In this document: positions 62,110-64,000 of the stretch, piece by piece
Numbering within the stretch: the stretch's first letter is position 1
Layout: every line of letters begins with the position of its first letter
NCBI GenBank assembly: GCA_965237955.1
Contig: OZ250169.1
Span: forward strand, 7,616,001-7,680,000
Source: Candidatus Marinacidobacterales bacterium
Lineage (GTDB): Bacteria; Acidobacteriota; Vicinamibacteria; Marinacidobacterales; SMYC01
Length of the DNA stretch: 64,000 nt
Direction: 5' to 3'
Translations under genes and position numbers: made by a program
Notes under the pieces: model-generated
What the model was told of the DNA's origin: nothing
Databases searched by the model: none
The model's input: the letters and a program-made list of their open reading frames with translations, nothing else

Positions 62110-62574
62110 TTACCAATCACGATATTTGGTTCCATCCAGCGCCGTGCCGGTGCTCTTCGAGTACACGTCGTACACGTTTTGCCCGCCCCAGAAACGAGAA
62201 TCATGCTCGTCCTGATAAGAACGCTGGCCCCACTCGTCGCTGTTCGTCATCGGGTCGACCGGAATCCGCCGGAGAAACTTCAGCGTCTTCCCGGGCGTTC
62301 CCACTTGCTCGACGCCCTCGACCAGCACCTCGAGCTCCTTCGGGTATCCCTCGCTTCCGAGCTGGACGTCCACGCCACCGATGAGACCCAGGTCGACCGC
62401 ACGCTTGTACTCGTCGATGCCGGCTCGCATCATGCGCAGGTTGCGTCGAAGCTCCATTTCCTTGGCCCGTTTGGCGCTGACCTGCGCGACGGGAATGATG
62501 GCGGAAGCGAGGATCGCGAGCAGCATCGTGGCGATGATGAGCTCGAGATAGGTAAAACCGCGCTCTTGCCTCAT
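62110..62574 (-). CDS. GspG-like pseudopilin
   Basis: GFTYLE, FLRRIPVDPMT. Confidence 0.85.
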   Translation of the reverse strand: MRQERGFTYLELIIATMLLAILASAIIPVAQVSAKRAKEMELRRNLRMMRAGIDEYKRAVDLGLIGGVDVQLGSEGYPKELEVLVEGVEQVGTPGKTLKFLRRIPVDPMTNSDEWGQRSYQDEHDSRFWGGQNVYDVYSKSTGTALDGTKYRDW

Positions 62575-63179
62575 GGCCCCGCCGTCTCCGGTCCCGTGTC
62601 TTCCTTGTCGGGCGATTGGCTCTTCAAATAGAACGAAATGCTGCAATCGAGGCGGATCGTCGTGTCGTCGCTCTCGCGTTGCGACAGCCGCACCTCCTCC
62701 ACGAGAAAAAACCGCGGTGAGCGCTTGAGCCGGTTGATGAAACGGACGAGGTCGAAGTAGTTGCCTTCGACCGGCATCGTTGCCTTGATCTGCTCCAACC
62801 CGACGTCCAGGAGATCGCGGTCGTAGCCGGTCCTGCCTTTGACGACGTTGGTCTCGTTTGCGAGGCGGGCGATCTCCTCCCACGCTTCTGTCAGGCCGGG
62901 GACGCGGGTCTTGACGGTGTCGGTCCAGAACTCGGTCACCGCGGATGCGTTCTCGGCCACCCGGCCTTCGGCCGTCGTGAGTCGCTCGAGCTCTTCGGTC
63001 TTGTGCGCGAGATCCGCGGAAAGCTGTTCCTGATCCGCGGCCAGGCGGTCCTGTTTGTTGGCGAGACGGAACGTAATCCCTGCGAACACGACGGCGTTGA
63101 CCACAAGAAGAATGGCCAAGCGGACGAACCCTTTCTGACGTTTCTTCAAGTTCTCGATGAAAGCACGGAACGCCCTCAT
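62571..63179 (-). CDS. PilO/GspM-like protein
   Basis: TM, coiled coil, GNYFDLVRFINRL. Confidence 0.7.
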   Translation of the reverse strand: MRAFRAFIENLKKRQKGFVRLAILLVVNAVVFAGITFRLANKQDRLAADQEQLSADLAHKTEELERLTTAEGRVAENASAVTEFWTDTVKTRVPGLTEAWEEIARLANETNVVKGRTGYDRDLLDVGLEQIKATMPVEGNYFDLVRFINRLKRSPRFFLVEEVRLSQRESDDTTIRLDCSISFYLKSQSPDKEDTGPETAGP

Positions 63180-63880
63180 GATTTCGGCCGAGGCCCCGGC
63201 GGAGAAGGCTCCGCGAACACTTCTTCGTCGTCTAGCAGCTCGTCTTCGTCGGTCGTGTCTATCTCAGAGGGCTCAGCAGATTCAGCAGGCTCAGCAGTCT
63301 CCGGGGGCGGTGCAACGTAGCGAAGTCGCAGCGTAGCCGCGATCCCGGTCTCCCTTCCGTTGCCGATCTCCGCGAGGTCGACTTCGGTCAGGGGGAACAC
63401 CGTGGCGAACAACATGCTCGCTTCGAGCGCGCTCACCATTTCCAAAACGTTCGTGAGCGTCCGACCGACCAGGGTCATCGTGACCGCGATCTCACCATCA
63501 TCTTCGGACGGCGCAATCGAAGTAATGCGCACCGCCGCTGGCGTGATTTCTTCGAGCTCGTTGAAGAGCCCCGTCCACGAAAAGCCCTTGTGCCGGTAGA
63601 TTCTGGTGAGAAACGCCGTCCGTTCGTTGGCGAGCGCGGTTTGTTGCCGGGCGAGGCTCGCCTCGGTGCGACTGATTGCGGCGTCGGTGGCTTCGAGCTC
63701 GTCGCGAAGCTCGCCGACTTTGATGTCGAGAGCCTCCTGCTCGCGCACGAGAGAGCGGCCGAGGAAAAAACCGTGGACGAGCGTCACGCCGAGGACGAGG
63801 GCGGCCGCGAGCATGAACACGAGCCGCGGCAACCGATCGTTGCCGAACGGAGCGCGCGAGAAGTTGAAATCGTTCGCCAT
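63176..63880 (-). CDS. PilN-like protein
   Basis: NFSRAPF, TM, WTGLFNELE..P..VRITSI. Confidence 0.7.
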   Translation of the reverse strand: MANDFNFSRAPFGNDRLPRLVFMLAAALVLGVTLVHGFFLGRSLVREQEALDIKVGELRDELEATDAAISRTEASLARQQTALANERTAFLTRIYRHKGFSWTGLFNELEEITPAAVRITSIAPSEDDGEIAVTMTLVGRTLTNVLEMVSALEASMLFATVFPLTEVDLAEIGNGRETGIAATLRLRYVAPPPETAEPAESAEPSEIDTTDEDELLDDEEVFAEPSPPGPRPKS

Positions 63881-63896
63881 GACGTGTCTTCAGATG

Positions 63897-64000
63897 CTAC
63901 GCGACCCTTCCGAACGCCGCCCCGGCCGCAGCGCCCACCGAGTCGGCGAGAGTTGCATCCATTTGGAGGTCGCTCGCGATACCCACCGCGCTCATGAGGT
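63897..64000 (-). CDS. C-terminus of PilM-like protein (partial)
   Basis: ...GAAAGAAFGRVA* immediately upstream of pilN. Confidence 0.45.
   Translation of the reverse strand, partial: LMSAVGIASDLQMDATLADSVGAAAGAAFGRVA

Noticed and set aside
1-64000. Selenoprotein read-through near selC
   Set aside because: No in-frame TGA at a Cys-equivalent position was noticed, and there is no selA/B/D in the window

Overview
GC-rich bacterial chromosome segment. The Oar-type TonB receptor, kinase-PD40 protein and secretin-cohesin T2SS/T4P cluster suggest Acidobacteriota (inference only). Layout: (1) 1-20 kb holds SDRs, a cupin, a glycan-modification operon whose GT2 is truncated by an ISL3/IS630/MITE pile-up, an Ldh_2 protein, a HAD-ECH fusion, an MscS-like protein and a TBDR. 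(2) About 20.5-43.7 kb is a nested, decaying mobile island ending at tRNA-Sec. It contains IS5, IS200, IS3/IS21/IS91 remnants, two families of rve-type 'integrase core' elements, two tyrosine-integrase relics, and catabolic or secreted cargo including two AT-rich genes. (3) 43.8-64 kb holds Smr, VapBC, a TRAP transporter, an FAD/Fe-S oxidoreductase, a 3'-5' exonuclease, an unusual LigD and a T2SS/pilus-like operon. Most notable: a LigD whose ligase domain has lost its catalytic motifs while the PE and POL domains are intact, abutting a DEDD exonuclease preceded by an (A[T/C]ATG)8 repeat. Also notable are elements with 102-bp TIRs, an integrase on the 5' side of selC, a degenerate type I-C-like repeat-spacer-repeat, several pseudoenzymes and many deletion-scar chimeras. 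All calls come from motif recognition by eye; no searches were run.
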